Both the position numbers and the translations under genes were made by a program. A DNA stretch of 64,000 bases, from NCBI GenBank assembly GCA_051362555.1, contig CM120640.1, positions 41,208,788 to 41,272,787 on the forward strand, read 5' to 3'. Each line of letters opens with the position of its first letter. The stretch's first letter is position 1. This document shows positions 51,201 through 64,000 of this stretch, in pieces. This DNA comes from Lingula anatina (Eukaryota; Animalia; Brachiopoda). The notes under the pieces were generated by a model that made no database searches, was not told the DNA's origin, and worked only from the letters and a program-made list of their open reading frames with translations.

Positions 51201-54200
51201 TCATAACAACAACAGCTTCGAGAAAATTCCTCATTGAGTGGTGCATTATTTGATGCTCCATTTTCTTTCCCATTTCAGAGGATCGTCAGTTAAAGTTGAC
51301 CCAGGCCCAGCACCGTGTGCCCCCCAAGGCTTTCCTAGAGGCCAAGGAGAGCCTGTTCAAGTGGCTGGCAGATGTGGAGGAGGTGCTGAGGACAGAACAG
51401 TACCAGATCATGGAACTGCCCAAAATGGAGGAGCAACATAAACAGTATATGGTAAGAGCTATCTGAGTTTTCTGTATTATACTCCTTGACTCCAAGGGGA
51501 CTAAAATCAAGTACCAGCTGTAAAGGTACAAAGCCTAATTTCAAGAAGCATTTGATCAAGTATTGTTGAAGAAATGCAAGAACAAAGACTAGCATAGAGG
51601 GTACATGGTTCATTGTCATTTATTAATGTTTCATAACGATTTTGAAAAAAAAGTAACACCAAGACTTGTTGTCAGTGAAATATGATCAATCGGATATGAA
51701 AATATCAAAATGTGGTGTCTTGCAGTGATAGATACACAGAGAACAGATCATAAAATAGAGTGAATGTGGTTTTCTGTCACAAAAGATGTTTGAAGTGGCA
51801 TAAAAACTCTCTTTCCAAGATGACTTTGAACAACATGTTTTTTTTAAAGGAAGCAAGGTCAAAAGTCTGACACTTAAAAACTGCTGAAAAGAAGAGTGAT
51901 GAAGAATGAGGTCTAAGTTTCTTGAAAGATAACCAAACTATTCATATTTATTTGGCATGCTGACTCCTCACATAAATTTTACCTGTGAACATGAATTCCT
52001 GACATTTGCCAGCAAAGCTTTGTATATTATGTACACAGCAGTGCAGTTTGTCGATCACTGGTGATGATGAATGAAAGGGAGAGAAAGAAGAAGAGAAACC
52101 CACTTGTGACATATGGAGGAGTTAAATCTTATGCCAATTAGAATTCTTAAAGAACAGTCCTTTTTATTTACAATCACAGTCAGATCTTACACACGGTAAA
52201 ACAACACAGTGCTGGTAGTTTTAATTTCTTGTTCAGTACAACAATATGGGAACTTGTCTGCTGCCATGCCCTCATGAATACCAGACCCAGCACAATGCAA
52301 TGTCACAGATGGTTTGCCGTCTTAAGTAATTCCAAAAATTACTGAGAAGGGAAATAAAAATATATGAAAGGAAAAAATGAGAATGTGATGATTAAGTACA
52401 AAAACTAACAAAAATAACCCTCTAGCATTAAGTAATCCGTTCCACATACGTCTTACACTATCCTGATGGTGGTAAAGAAAACAATTTTGCAAAGAGAAAA
52501 AAAAATCCATCTACTACAGGGTTATCAAATTGGCATGGAGGAGCAGATGTAAAAGGGTGCAACACAACCCTTGTGGATTGGCAGAAAGTGAAAATTCAAA
52601 AAGAAGAACACAAGAAAGCAATCTAAAATTAGCTCAGCTTTGGAATAATAAAGATTGTTGGTGTATTTACAACAGCGCTGTAGATTTAAGATAGCAAGCA
52701 TGGAAATAAGGGTGAACGGTTCAGGTTAAAGCCGTGATCGAGTGTAAGTCCAGAAAAAAGCATCAAACTGGTCCATTGCCAAAAAGACAAGAGTATCACC
52801 AGCTTTCGGGATAAGACACACTGTTGATCTGAATGCAAGGAAACATTAGGGCAGAATGTATTTTTTACAATTTCCATTGTATTACAAATTATCAGTGTTG
52901 CCTTTCAGTGTAGGAAGGTGACATGTGTTTTCTCTGAAATCTCCATCTCTGTGTGATGCTAGTGTGGCATGCTGGTGATGTAATTATCATTAGCATAACA
53001 CAAGTGACAGAGTTAATGGGCCATCTGAGATTTCAGATAAAGACGTATACAATAAGATTGGCATAATGGGTGACTTCCATTAAACACACTTAACATCTTA
53101 CATTTTGAAAATGGAATTCACAATTAATCCTTGGAAGTGTGTCCTGAAGATTGTGTTCAGGAGGAGAAACATGGACTTGTACTAGGTCAGGGTTATGTGA
53201 ATATTACCACTGCATTATCTGTATGTGTGTGTACAGATCCTGATAGCTGTGCTATATGTGTATATACCTTCAGTAGACGGATAGTGTTTAGTTCAGGATG
53301 CTTCCATACAGTCACACATGATCTACCTGCTCACTGTAGCCTGCCAGAATGTGCTGCTTATGCATGGGGTTACTCTGCAGATGTTGTGTTGAACTGACGT
53401 GTGCAGCAGGTAAGGAGCTCATCTGACAAGATATGCATATCTTGATTTTTATGCTTAATGTTTGTTTGTGCATGTGTGCATACAAGCGGGCATGCATGTA
53501 CTTGTAAAAAAAGGGTATATAGCTCTTTCATGCTTTTAAGATATTTGTTCTAGTTATTTGTAGCAGCAAAAGTATTTGAAACCGCCTGTGAATGAAGATT
53601 TCTTTGTATACTGTGATAGCATGAATATGCTGGTGAGTGTGTGTGTGCATGCCTGTATACATGTAGATAAAGGACGAGGGGGGAACTGAAGGACAGTTTC
53701 TTGTAATCGCTTCTTGAATAACAGGTAAATATTAAAGATGGATCTGTTTTCAGTAAGTATTTTAAAAATACATGCTTGATTACAGTCCTAATGGGGACAA
53801 GTATACAGGATAAAATGCATGCACCCATTTTATTATGTATTTAGTTGTAATTATGTAGATCGATAAACATTAATTTCCAAGTAGTTGTAAGTACTAGAAT
53901 TGAGAGAGATTTTATGAAGGTAAAATATGGAGAGAGGTATTGAAGAGTTAGACTGGACTGTTTAAGCCTAATTGCAGATTAAGTTTAAACTAGTAGCAGT
54001 AATTTCATGCACTTTTTATGTATTGACACAGAAGTGAAATTTTCCAGCAACAAATAAGGTGACTGAACAGAAAAAAAATGGTTCAGAACTCATCTTGTAT
54101 GCTTTTACAGATGAGATCAAATGCAAGCTGACAAATGAGGTTTTTGTCTGGGGTATATCCTCTCCACCATAGCATTTTTGTTCACTGCAGACATAAACGT

Positions 54201-57200
54201 TTGTGGGTGAATGTCTTTTAAATCTCTCCAGGGACCATCTTCTCAGTGGATTTATTGTGATTAATTTTCTATTGAAGAAGTGAATTCGATTGATGCTGTC
54301 ATTTCACCTAGGATAATTAACTTGAATTGGCCTGGGAGGAGTAGGGATATCACGTTAAACTGGGTTAAAAGACTTCTGTACATGTGTTGGCTCAAGTGGT
54401 ATATTTTACACCATTAAAAAGAACACTTTACCTGAGCTGCCTCATATGCATGCAATTTTATGCCTGGCATTTAGTATGGTATGAATTATCTGAAAAAGTA
54501 AAAGAATTTGCTCAAATAGTCTTTAACAGACATTAGTCTCACTTAAAGTTGGCAAGCTAGTGTTCTGCAGGAGGATTGGCAGGGCTATAGGTGTAGAGGG
54601 ACAGTGTACTTTATCTGATCAACTACAGAACATTAAAGGTTAAATGATAAACAGCGCTAAATCTGATAAAACTGATTCTCACTATCTTCAATGCTGAAAG
54701 TTACTGAAGGAATGGGAACCCACAGTCGATGCAATTTCAATTAACAGTTTTGCATCTTCGATACAACATGGAAGAATAAAAGTAAGTTGAAGATTTATAC
54801 TTGGCAACTATTCATGAAGGATGGGCTGTTTAGAATAGAGACATTTTCATATTTACAAATGTCAGAACATTACAAGAGCTGTCCTTGATTTATATATATC
54901 AATATTTTATGTTTGTTGTTGATTGTAGTGTTAAGTGAATATTTTGAAGGGCTCTTCCTGTTTATGACCAAGTTTGTTTTTAAACAGATAACTAGTTTCA
55001 GAAATATTTTTCAGAAATAATTCTCTTGTCCCGTTTTCTTTTTCCTATCCTGACACCTCCTAGGCTCTTTGGCATTGAAAAGATAATACCTTACTTTAAA
55101 TGAAAACATGATAGTTGGGTTTTTTCTGATGTTTAAAATACCTAATAACTGAAAAAAGGGCAAAAACATTGTACATTTCTTTCACTTTCATCACTGTTCG
55201 GTTACAGATACTGTAAGATTCTTGTAAGTAAACTAAATAGTAAGCCATTTGACAATTGAACACTTTAATATGTAAGCAGCTTTTCAAGGAGGATTTCTTT
55301 AATATTTGTATAAAAAGGTTCATTTTCAAGACTAGCAGTTTACCCTTGGGTTTCCATATTATTTGGGGAGTGGTGGAATTTGTAGATGGCAAGAACTGTG
55401 CTATCTTATGCCCCTATTGAAACTAACTGGTCAATCTGTTATACATTCATTAAAGCATGCAATGGCCAAATCAAAATGGTAGAAGATTGTATCAGAGTAT
55501 TTAGAACATGGGTTATCTGATGAGGGATAAGAACCCTCTTTCTTCTTAGGTTCATATTATTAACACCAGGTATTTATAATGGCAGTAATCTGCAGTATAT
55601 AGGTGGTCTGCCCTTCTCTCTGGGTAGAAAATTGGAAAGGATTTACAAGTCTCCTGATGGCGAGTGAGCTCAGGATCAGTGAGATGTGGCCCTGTGAAGG
55701 TTCATATTTGGGAATCTAATTGAGTAGAGTGAACTGTTACCAACGCTGTTGAAAGATCTATTTACCTCTGAGCTGAATGCTTTCAGGATTCTGGAACATA
55801 CACATGGAAGATATTTTCATACAGAAGATAAACTTTGAGTGGTGTCTGCCTGCTAAATTGGCAGAAAGATAGGATAACATATATTCTCAATAAAAAAAAA
55901 TTACCTACGTGATTTTTCGCATTACAAGCTGACTCAGAATGCAATAAGTGGAGTGTTTTTTGTTCACTGGTTATTCTTAACTCCGAAACTTGGTTTTTTT
56001 AGGATTGGAACACAAAACCAGTGCCCATGGGGACAATCTCAGTTATCAAATAAAAAAGTTTATGTAAATAAAAAGTGGTTTGTATACGATGGTGAAACTG
56101 GGCAGAAGATTCAGGTAAACTGGGTTGTCACCTGTTTAAGACAGTTCACAGACCCACACAGACTAGCATGACTTCCTGCAGAGTTTCCAAGGTACATGAT
56201 ATGTTTAGATAAGGCAGCAAACAAATTCTCCATTACGTTTGATGCTGGGTGTTGTGGTAGGCAAGCCTTCCTGTAAAGGTACCAGCATACTGGAAGAGAG
56301 GAAATGTGGAGGTATACATCTTGATTATGTCACTTACAAAGAAAGTTGAATCAGAAATGAACAAAGCTGTGGCTGCCCGATGTGTGCAGCTCAGCTCTGT
56401 AGCAGAGTAAAAAGTAACAGTAATCGAATACTGTTAAGGCCATTGAATTTTATCTTAGTTCCAATCTGTGTTCTAGGAACTTCAAGGTGAGGTAACTGAG
56501 AACTTGTCCAATAAAGAATACATCAGCAGCACAGGTGAGGTGTTGGTGGAGAGGGCTGCCTCAGAGGAGAAAGCCAAGAAGCTGCAAGGAGAGCTGGAGG
56601 AACTGACAGCTCGTTGGAATGCCATGGCTTCCACTATAGCAGACACAGTGGTCAAAGGGGAACAGGGGATTGAGCGACTCAAGCAATATGAGGTGGGTGG
56701 ATAGCTAATGGAGATGCTGTCTTTTGTGTTGTAACTTGTAAGTGTTAAAAATCAATATTATGATTTTGTCTCTTTGTCTGTGTAAAATGTTAGCATTATT
56801 CAGTGTTGTAAAGTGTCAGGTAAAACATGATGAAATTTAATGTACTTTGCTAAATGCAAATGCACGGTCTCATGTACTACATGGTTTGCATACTTGTGTC
56901 TTTATGTGCTGAACAGTTTTTAATCTGAAATTAAACTTAAATTGTTATTAGGATGTGCTTGTAATTGATAAAATGTTAAGTGCAAAACATCATTGAATTT
57001 TTAGTTTCTCTAAAGCTTAGAAAACAAAATGTTGATGTTTCATTTCTTTTGTATGACACAGTATAATAAAGATGTGGTCATGTTTTTATGTACTCACTTA
57101 GTCTTGCTAAACAGGTATATTTCAGATATATTTTAATTATTAATCCCCAAATTAATTTTAGCACATTGAATGGCGCAGTGAGCATTTAGTATCAGACAGT

Positions 57201-60200
57201 GTGCCTTTTGCAAATAATTTTTTAAAAGCAGAAATACTCTCACCAAAGTGTGTTGTGCTTCAGTGCAGGCGAGATCATAGGTGTTGGAATTTGCTATCCT
57301 AAATTTAGAAAAACACTCCTAAAATCCACTTAGCTTTATCAGTATTTGCTGAGGTTTGCTCCTGGTGATTTGAATTGTTGTGGATCTGGATAAGATTACT
57401 TTCAATAACAAATTGACCTGCAACTTTTTTTTTGACTGTTGGAAATCTTGTTAAATTTACTTACTTTTTTTTAGTTGTGGTATAACTTGTGATCTATGCA
57501 CGTGCATTACAAGAAAAAGGCCAGATTAAAATAACAAAAATTAGCAACGGCAGGATTTAACTGGATTATTTTGTAGATTTACACACTGGGACTGACAGTT
57601 TAAATATGATTTAGTATATCACAACAGCAAGTTTATGACCGTAAGGAATGTGCAGTAATTTGCCTTGAGATTCATTGGTTGCATGTCAGCATGCCTAAAT
57701 GTTAAAGTCAATGTCAAAGTCCCTGCTGTAAGTGACCCGTCAGGCCTGATTGACACCCTTGCTGGGCCTAACAGGTCCATTGGGAAGGGCATGTATGCTG
57801 CTAACACATTGTGGGCTCACAACATGAAGAAAATGTATGTTTTAAATTTTGCACTTGTAGAGAACTGTTCTCAGAGTTGTTCCCGTGACCATCCTTGATG
57901 GAACAGACAATCTAAAAGCAATTGTTTTGAAGTGGACAATTGTGTGAAAAGAGAAAATTCAGTAATAAACTACATGTTGTGATACATTAGCTACAAGAAC
58001 TTGGTCATGGGGCAAGCGGGAGAGGTGGGATGGTTTCCTCTCCAGAATTGTTTATGTTAGATCTGCTCAAGATACATACTGTGTATACAGTGAAGTTGTT
58101 TAAATTCAAGTGATGATACTACAAATAATTTTTTTTTCAGAACCAGGTATCTGGGTTAAATAGGTGGATGGATGAAATGGACACCTTCTTAAAAGCCGAG
58201 ATGCCAGCACTGGGAGATGTTGACACACTGGAGGCCCAGCTTAATGAGAGTAATGTAAGAAAGATAATACTAACATTCCATTTTTCTGGCACGGGAATAT
58301 TAGCCAGGAATTCTGACTACAAACTGACATATAATTATCACATTGCCATTGGTTCTGTACAAGTTGTTATGTCTCAATAGAAAGTGTGTTTATGTGATGT
58401 TAGTTGAGAGGAAAATATTTGGATGAGACTCAACATGTTTGTAATTTGAGGGCAACTAACAGATCTTTGTAAACACGTGGAATGCTTGAAAAAGCAAGCA
58501 TGAAGTAAGTTTTTTTTTGTAGTAAACTGTTCAGTAGAAGAGCCTTAGGGAATTATTGCTGTATTATTGATACAAAATGGTAAAGGATATTGATATTAAT
58601 GAGCAAAGATTTATTTAATCTCTGCTAAATTTTGCTCACAAGGGATTTAGATGAGTTTATAAAAATCAGATGGACAGATTGCAGCCTCTTTTCATTGTCA
58701 GTCTGACATCCTCAACAGCTGCCGGATGCTACATATCTGTATAATAACATTATTACTTTATGACAAAAAGTCAAATTTACTGTACCAATATTTAACATTA
58801 CTAAACTGATTAACCTGTTTCAACAGGTAATAAATTTTGTGTAAACTTTGTACTGTTAAGATTTTATTCACTGTTCGATATATTTGAGATTTAATCATAA
58901 TCATAACAACATATAAAGGCCTGTCAACTCTTGAATTTTAGGGAGTCCAAGAAGACATCAAAACTTTGCAGTCCACAGTTGACAGTATTCATGAACTAAG
59001 TGAGGAGCTGATTAATGCTGCCTCTGAGGAATATGCTGCTGTCCTGCAGGAAGAAATCGGCACCCTTGACCAACGCTGGGAGAATGTTGTACAACAGTCT
59101 AAGGAACAGAATGAGCAGCTACAGTCAGCCTTAGAAAAGAGCCAAGAAGTCTTGAAAAACATAGAAAGTCTGAATGAATGGTGTGACAGTGTGACTGAGA
59201 AGGAGCTCTCTTCTGACTTTGTTTGTGAAACTCACACAGATTTGTTTACAGCTACAAAGAAATTCAAGGTAGTTATGATATCAGATATTAGGTAATAGTA
59301 GCTAGGTGTTTTCTCAGTTTGGTGAACTATGTGAGTGTGAATCAGTCAGACTGTTCATCATAAAAGACTACATGATTTCTTTATTATGGATCAAAAGATT
59401 TTGTATCAATCATTGTCAGACTGGAGCACTGACCATGAAGGTTAGAAATGTCATCTGCTGGTATGTCAGTGTTATCTGAAAAAAACGTCTGTTTACCTGG
59501 AAAGACCAATTAAATGTTGATTGATTAGAAGTCTTGGTTGAATAAAATCAATTAATTTTTGCAGAAACTGAAAGATGAAGTAAGAAGCAAAGAAAAAGAA
59601 ATAGAAGACATCCATAAAAGCTGTGCAGAGGATTCTTCCATGGAATCCTCAGAAGAACTTGCCCAGAAAATTAACATTCTCAGTAATTGCTGCCTTGATA
59701 TCCGCAACCGTGTTGATAATAGCCTCAAGATGTATGAAGAGGCAAATTCCAATTGGAACCAATTAAAAGGTACATCAATCACGCTTTTATCGTCTGGAAA
59801 TTATGGCATTCACATGATGCAAGGATCAGTATTATGATTAAGAATTGTGAATAGTGAACTTAAAGAACAACTACAGTGCATATATTGATGTTTATGGTGA
59901 TCTGAAAAGTAGGTTTTGAATTATGTCCTCTCTTCATTAATTAGGTAGATAATAAAATTAATAATAAGCATTTTAAAGGTAATTGTGCATCTATGTATGG
60001 GTATAATTTGTGTTGTAACACGCCATTACTCAATTAAATAAAAAACGGTCACATCTTTCAGCTTTGCTACGAGAGGAAAATAAGTGGTTAGATGGCTTGC
60101 AGAAAAAGCTGAATTCTTCATCCAAATCTAGTGCTGACGCAGAAGAAATTTCAGAAGAGTTAGATGTTAGTACATTGATACCTGGTATTTTGTTTATAAT

Positions 60201-63200
60201 GTCCACCAATTAATTATTTGTCAACTTGTGTACTTTTTTGTCTTATTTAGTAGAAACTTATGTGATGAGTATGTTATTGTAGTGAATATGTTGAGCATTT
60301 TCTTACTTGTGTTTAAGTGTTGCATAGTTTTTCCTCATTCATTAAATGCTGGTTTACTAATAGGAACTAGAAGGCTATGTACGTGACCCATCTGAGGATA
60401 ACAAGAACAAGATCAATGAACTGGGTGAACTGCTGATTGCAAGTAAAATTATGACATCCACAGTGAAAACAGAGGTGGATAACTTCAACACAAGATGGGA
60501 TAAACTTATGGAAGAGGTAAGAGGGAAATCTGAGCTTTCAAAGAAAAAAAATATGAATAAAATCAAGATGTAATATTTGAGATATTTTTATTTATAAGTC
60601 TTTATTATACATTCTTGTAACTTGAAGAAGATTTGATGAATGATTGATGTGCTGACTTGTGTGTCTGTTGCAGGGCCTGAGTGCCATTGAGAAGTTGGAG
60701 GAGGCCATCACTCAGGCTCAGAACATTGAGCGTCAGATGATTGAGATGACCCACTGGATGATGGAGGTCAGTAGTCTGCTGCAGTCTCGCCTGGACGCAG
60801 ACATGTTGGCGGGTGATATGCCGGAGGAGTTTGAGGTAAGATTATGAAAAAAAGATGTTTCAAATTGGTATAGTAAGATTCAGTTATATTTAAAATACAG
60901 TGGCTTATTAACATTTTATGTAAATATGTATGACAAGTATATAATCAGTTGTGCATTATTGACAATTGCTGTTTTCAACTTGATGGAAATAAATTATGCA
61001 TGTAGGTAAGTAATGCTAAAAATTTTATATAACTTGTTTTTGATATTTTATTCTCTCTTGTTAAATAGAGTCTTAAACAAGAATTTGAGCAACAGGATCA
61101 GATGCTAAATGAAATGGAGAAGCAGATGTTAGATTACAAAGCTCAGGGAAAACAAGAGGCCAGTGCACGTCTTGAACAGCAAATACTCATACTCAAGGTA
61201 TTTAAATGTTAACAACAAAACAGTCCTGGCTGATATAATGGATTTTGGATATAATCAACAGTGATTCAAACTCAACAACATACAAAGGCTATTTAATATA
61301 TTTAATTTATAATTTTCAATAAGCACAGAAAGTAGTTCAATTTTATAATTTAGTATTTCAATCATATTCCTATGATATGATAGATAGGAAGATTTAAAGT
61401 GTCTTTATATTTTGGTTTTACTCAGAAACACTATGGAGAGGTGCAGCTGAAGTTCATGAAGTTTCAACGTCCAGTTGATTTTGAACCCAAACTTACTCAT
61501 GTCAAGAGAGCTCTGGAGGAAGTTCAGGAGAGGATTCACCTCATTGAACTGCGTAGCGAGGACCCAGAAGTCGTCCAGACACAATTAGACCAGTGCATGG
61601 TGGGTTTGTGTGTCCTGCCTCCCTCCTCCCTGTCACTCCCTGCATGCTCTGTGATGTATGGAATGACCTCGTGATTTGCTGAGATGTTACAAGATTTCTA
61701 GAAAAGCACATGTAGTGGTGGTCTGTGCACATGCCTGACAGCAAATGTTTTATTTAGGTACAAGTAAATTATAGACGAGAAATTTTGTGCATATTAACTT
61801 TGATTTCTTTATGTTCAAAATATGTTTCTGTTAGGATAAATTTTTTGCCTTAGGTAATGCAAAATTTTCTGTGTCTGATCTTAGTTCATTTCTTATTTGA
61901 CTTGCAATTCAAAAAAGAAAAATGGGGAAAATTTTAAAATCTAATCCAAGTTTTGAAATTTATTTATTTTTATTCAGGTATGTAATAATAGCATGATGCA
62001 TTGACCACATATCTACTTGGTATTCTGGAATGAGATATCTCGGTAAACCAGCTGAGAGGGGTTCGACACCCAAATACCCTGTGCACCAGTTTCTTTGTGA
62101 TGGGGGACATCTTGGTCCACATCAACCTTGATTCATTATTACTTACCTGCTCATATAAAGAAGATATTAACCATAATATAACCCATTCATGCTAAAACTC
62201 TTATTTGGAAGTTTGCTTTAAATATAGTCTTACATGGATATCTCCCTTACTGATATTATTCCAAAAATGCTTTTTTCTGTGTTTTAACTCTCTGTGTAGC
62301 AGTAACAAAACAGATGTGCATGACTTGTATTTATTCTTTTTTTTTTTATATTTTCACATTGTCCATTTATTTGAGTTTATGTCATGACACATTTTAAAAA
62401 AATCATAACTCTTTTCTGTATAAAATCCCATCACTTCACTCAGCTCTTTCTTTTTTTCCCCCTCCTTGATATTTTTTATATCTCAAGATCTGTAAAAAAA
62501 AGATAAATTGTTTATTCATATTTTTATAAAACTAATACTGGACAAGTCTGCAGTGTGATGAACTTTTTTTACTATAAAATGTCTGTGAATCTTGGACAAA
62601 GCAGTGTGCTGGTTTTATTTGGCAGAAATTCTACAAGTGCCTAAGTGAGATCAAATCGGAGGTGGAATTTGTGATCAAAACTGGACGTCAAGTGGTTGAC
62701 AAGAAGCAGGTGGACTTTCCTGACAAGCTTGGAAAACAGTTGGATGCAATAAAAACACAATACAATGAGCTTGGTGCACAGGTGAGTCATTATAATAATA
62801 AAGTGGAACTTACAGCACAATTAATACTCAGCACAACTTTTCACATCCAACACAATACTGTCACACCTACTGCAAGCAGCACGCTTTACGCAAGCACACC
62901 CCCCCCTCCCCCAAATTTTACCCATTTTAATACATGGTTTGTAGTTTAGTTCCTGATTCATTACATAATGACGCTATACATGTACTTAACATTAAAGAGT
63001 GCACTGTATTATACATTGCAACAAATAACCATATATGCGGGAATATTTTCAGGTAACACAGGGAAAGAAAACATTAGAAAAGGCCTTAAAAGTGTCTAAA
63101 AAGTTGAAAAAGGAGGTGACTGGGATCACAGAATGGATGGATGCTGTGCAGAGAGAGCTCAACAAGAAGGAAATGGTAAAGGCTCCTAAGAACCCAGAAG

Positions 63201-63717
63201 AGGAGAAAATGTGGATGGAGGTGAGTTTCAGTATCGTATCCATTTTGTTGGAGGAAATCAGTGAGGACAGCAGTATTATGGTCTACAGAGTTTATAAATA
63301 GAAAAAGGTGATGATAGAAAGCATCCTGTTCTTAAAAAACTTGGAGAGAATGGTATCCCTGAACTCTTTTGCTCTACTAGCACATTAGAATAATTTTTAA
63401 ATAATTATTAAAATATTAAGTGTGTGTGTGTGTTGGGGGGGGGGGGGGGGGGAGGTATTGTGGAAGGCCAAAATAATATGGATCAAGTATTCAGAGTTTT
63501 TCCTACCACATCCTCATCCTCATACCTATTTCAGACCACCATGCATGAGCTGGCTAAGAGAGAGCCTTCACTGACCACCATCACTGAACTGGTCAGCCAA
63601 ATCCAGGAGATGGCCGAGGATGGTCAGCTGGAAGAGGCCACACAGACACTGGAACTAGTCAAGAATAACTGGAATGAATTGTCCAATAGACTGGCTGCCA
63701 GGAAGACATTGCTGCAG
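27350..63717 (+). CDS. DMD: Dystrophin/utrophin orthologue, 5' partial (~1632 aa in window: CH1, CH2, spectrin repeats); continues beyond right edge
   Basis: First coding exon B 27350-27440 ([30 protein letters not shown]). Shared exons: 31526-31587, 32624-32716, 33391-33471, 35439-35531, 39238-39329, 39727-39807, 40200-40315, 40863-41041, 41472-41663, 42698-42879, 43674-43818, 44051-44138, 44551-44795, 46331-46513, 47278-47502, 48464-48551, 48831-49072, 49292-49445, 51279-51451, 56477-56692, 58141-58254, 58942-59268, 59565-59769, 60062-60165, 60364-60516, 60674-60835, 61069-61197, 61426-61599, 62626-62781, 63053-63220, 63535-63717. All GT-AG, phases consistent. Diagnostic peptides: [148 protein letters not shown]. 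Confidence 0.96.
29281..29331. repeat. (CT)n microsatellite
   Basis: ~25 perfect ct units. Confidence 0.95.
29741..29774 (+). CDS. DMD: Candidate alternative first coding exon C of dystrophin ([11 protein letters not shown])
   Basis: ATGG start, 34 nt, consensus AG|GTAAGT donor, phase 1. In frame with 31526, giving ...[13 protein letters not shown]. Confidence 0.5.
36148..36227. repeat. (GT)n microsatellite (~40 units)
   Basis: Perfect tg repeat in a dystrophin intron. Confidence 0.95.
41064..41211. mobile_element. Palindromic MITE with ~49-bp TIRs and 3-bp TSD (PIF/Harbinger-like)
   Basis: ggcctcgttcagaacagtggactaactagtccgatggccaaatatggcc pairs with ggccatatttggcccttggactagttagtcccctattctgaatggggcc; att on both flanks. 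Confidence 0.8.
43441..43695 (+). repeat. ~128-bp tandem duplication spanning a dystrophin splice acceptor
   Basis: Copy 1 is 43441-43569 and copy 2 is 43570-43695; both run ctaatttacatccatttca...caacaaacactgatggag. Confidence 0.9.
44235..44460 (-). mobile_element. Decayed RTE-clade LINE 3' end
   Basis: Minus strand reads [13 protein letters not shown] / [21 protein letters not shown], matching the RTE ORF C-terminus pattern HVTR..GL.KTILQG.V.GGRRRGRQRKRW.DNI. It is followed by a (TGC/TGG/TGA)n simple-repeat tail. Confidence 0.7.
47626..47812. mobile_element. Degenerate MITE with inverted termini, flanked by ~35-bp direct repeats
   Basis: ggccccggtttcacaaaaaa...agtcagttcc pairs with ggaactgact...tttttgtgtgtgaaactggga. 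aaactggg(a)cctagctttaaaggttagatgaagtt at ~47573 recurs at ~47838. Confidence 0.55.
62035..62190 (+). mobile_element. Possible decayed tRNA-derived SINE
   Basis: Pol III B-box-like GGTTCGACACC at ~62060-62070 in a GC-richer island within an AT-rich intron. No clear A-box or TSD. Confidence 0.3.
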
Positions 63718-64000
63718 GTAAAATATGACATTGTTTTCTTCTCGACCACAACTTTTTCCAGCTCTAAGGAAATTGCTTAACTAATGGATTTAACCTAGTA
63801 TGTACTTGGTTCTTATTTAACGAAAAAGTGGTATTTTGAGAAAAATAAACTACTGAAAAAAATATTAATTAATGTTCATGCACACTACTTTAATAGTGAA
63901 ATAAAGGATATAATATTGTGCCTTGAAACTGCAATTGCATTCAAAGAGGCAATATGTTATTTGAAATGTAAAGGATGCCACCTTTCTAAATTTAGGAACA

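Noticed and set aside
1-64000. CRISPR arrays, operons, tRNA genes, intact transposases, U12 or GC-AG introns
   Set aside because: None seen. The window is eukaryotic, all assembled introns are GT-AG, and repeats are microsatellites, MITEs or decayed retroelements. Most ORF-track entries are antisense shadows of exons or random ORFs.

Overview
AT-rich genomic DNA from an invertebrate animal with spliceosomal introns (lophotrochozoan or mollusc-like, inferred). The ORF track is mostly noise, so I assembled exons by hand from GT-AG boundaries. There are three protein-coding genes. (1) The 5' part of an ELOVL fatty-acid elongase on the minus strand, running off the left edge. (2) A complete 16-exon, 608-aa SLC5A8/SMCT-like sodium:solute symporter on the minus strand (6009-19024). 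(3) The 5' half of a dystrophin/utrophin orthologue on the plus strand, with 31 shared exons (31526-63717) covering CH1-CH2 and spectrin repeats and running off the right edge. It has three candidate alternative first coding exons, one with a perfect CArG box just upstream. Non-coding regions hold a decayed 28S rRNA fragment starting next to the R2 target site, a decayed Penelope-like GIY-YIG element with a relic hammerhead ribozyme, an RTE LINE tail, several hairpin MITEs (two with 9-bp TSDs, one carrying two CArG boxes), a duplicated splice acceptor with one copy inactivated, and microsatellites. I found no prokaryotic-type system and no CRISPR array. I cannot claim a new biological system here; the best leads are the multi-promoter dystrophin 5' end and the rRNA/retroelement relics.
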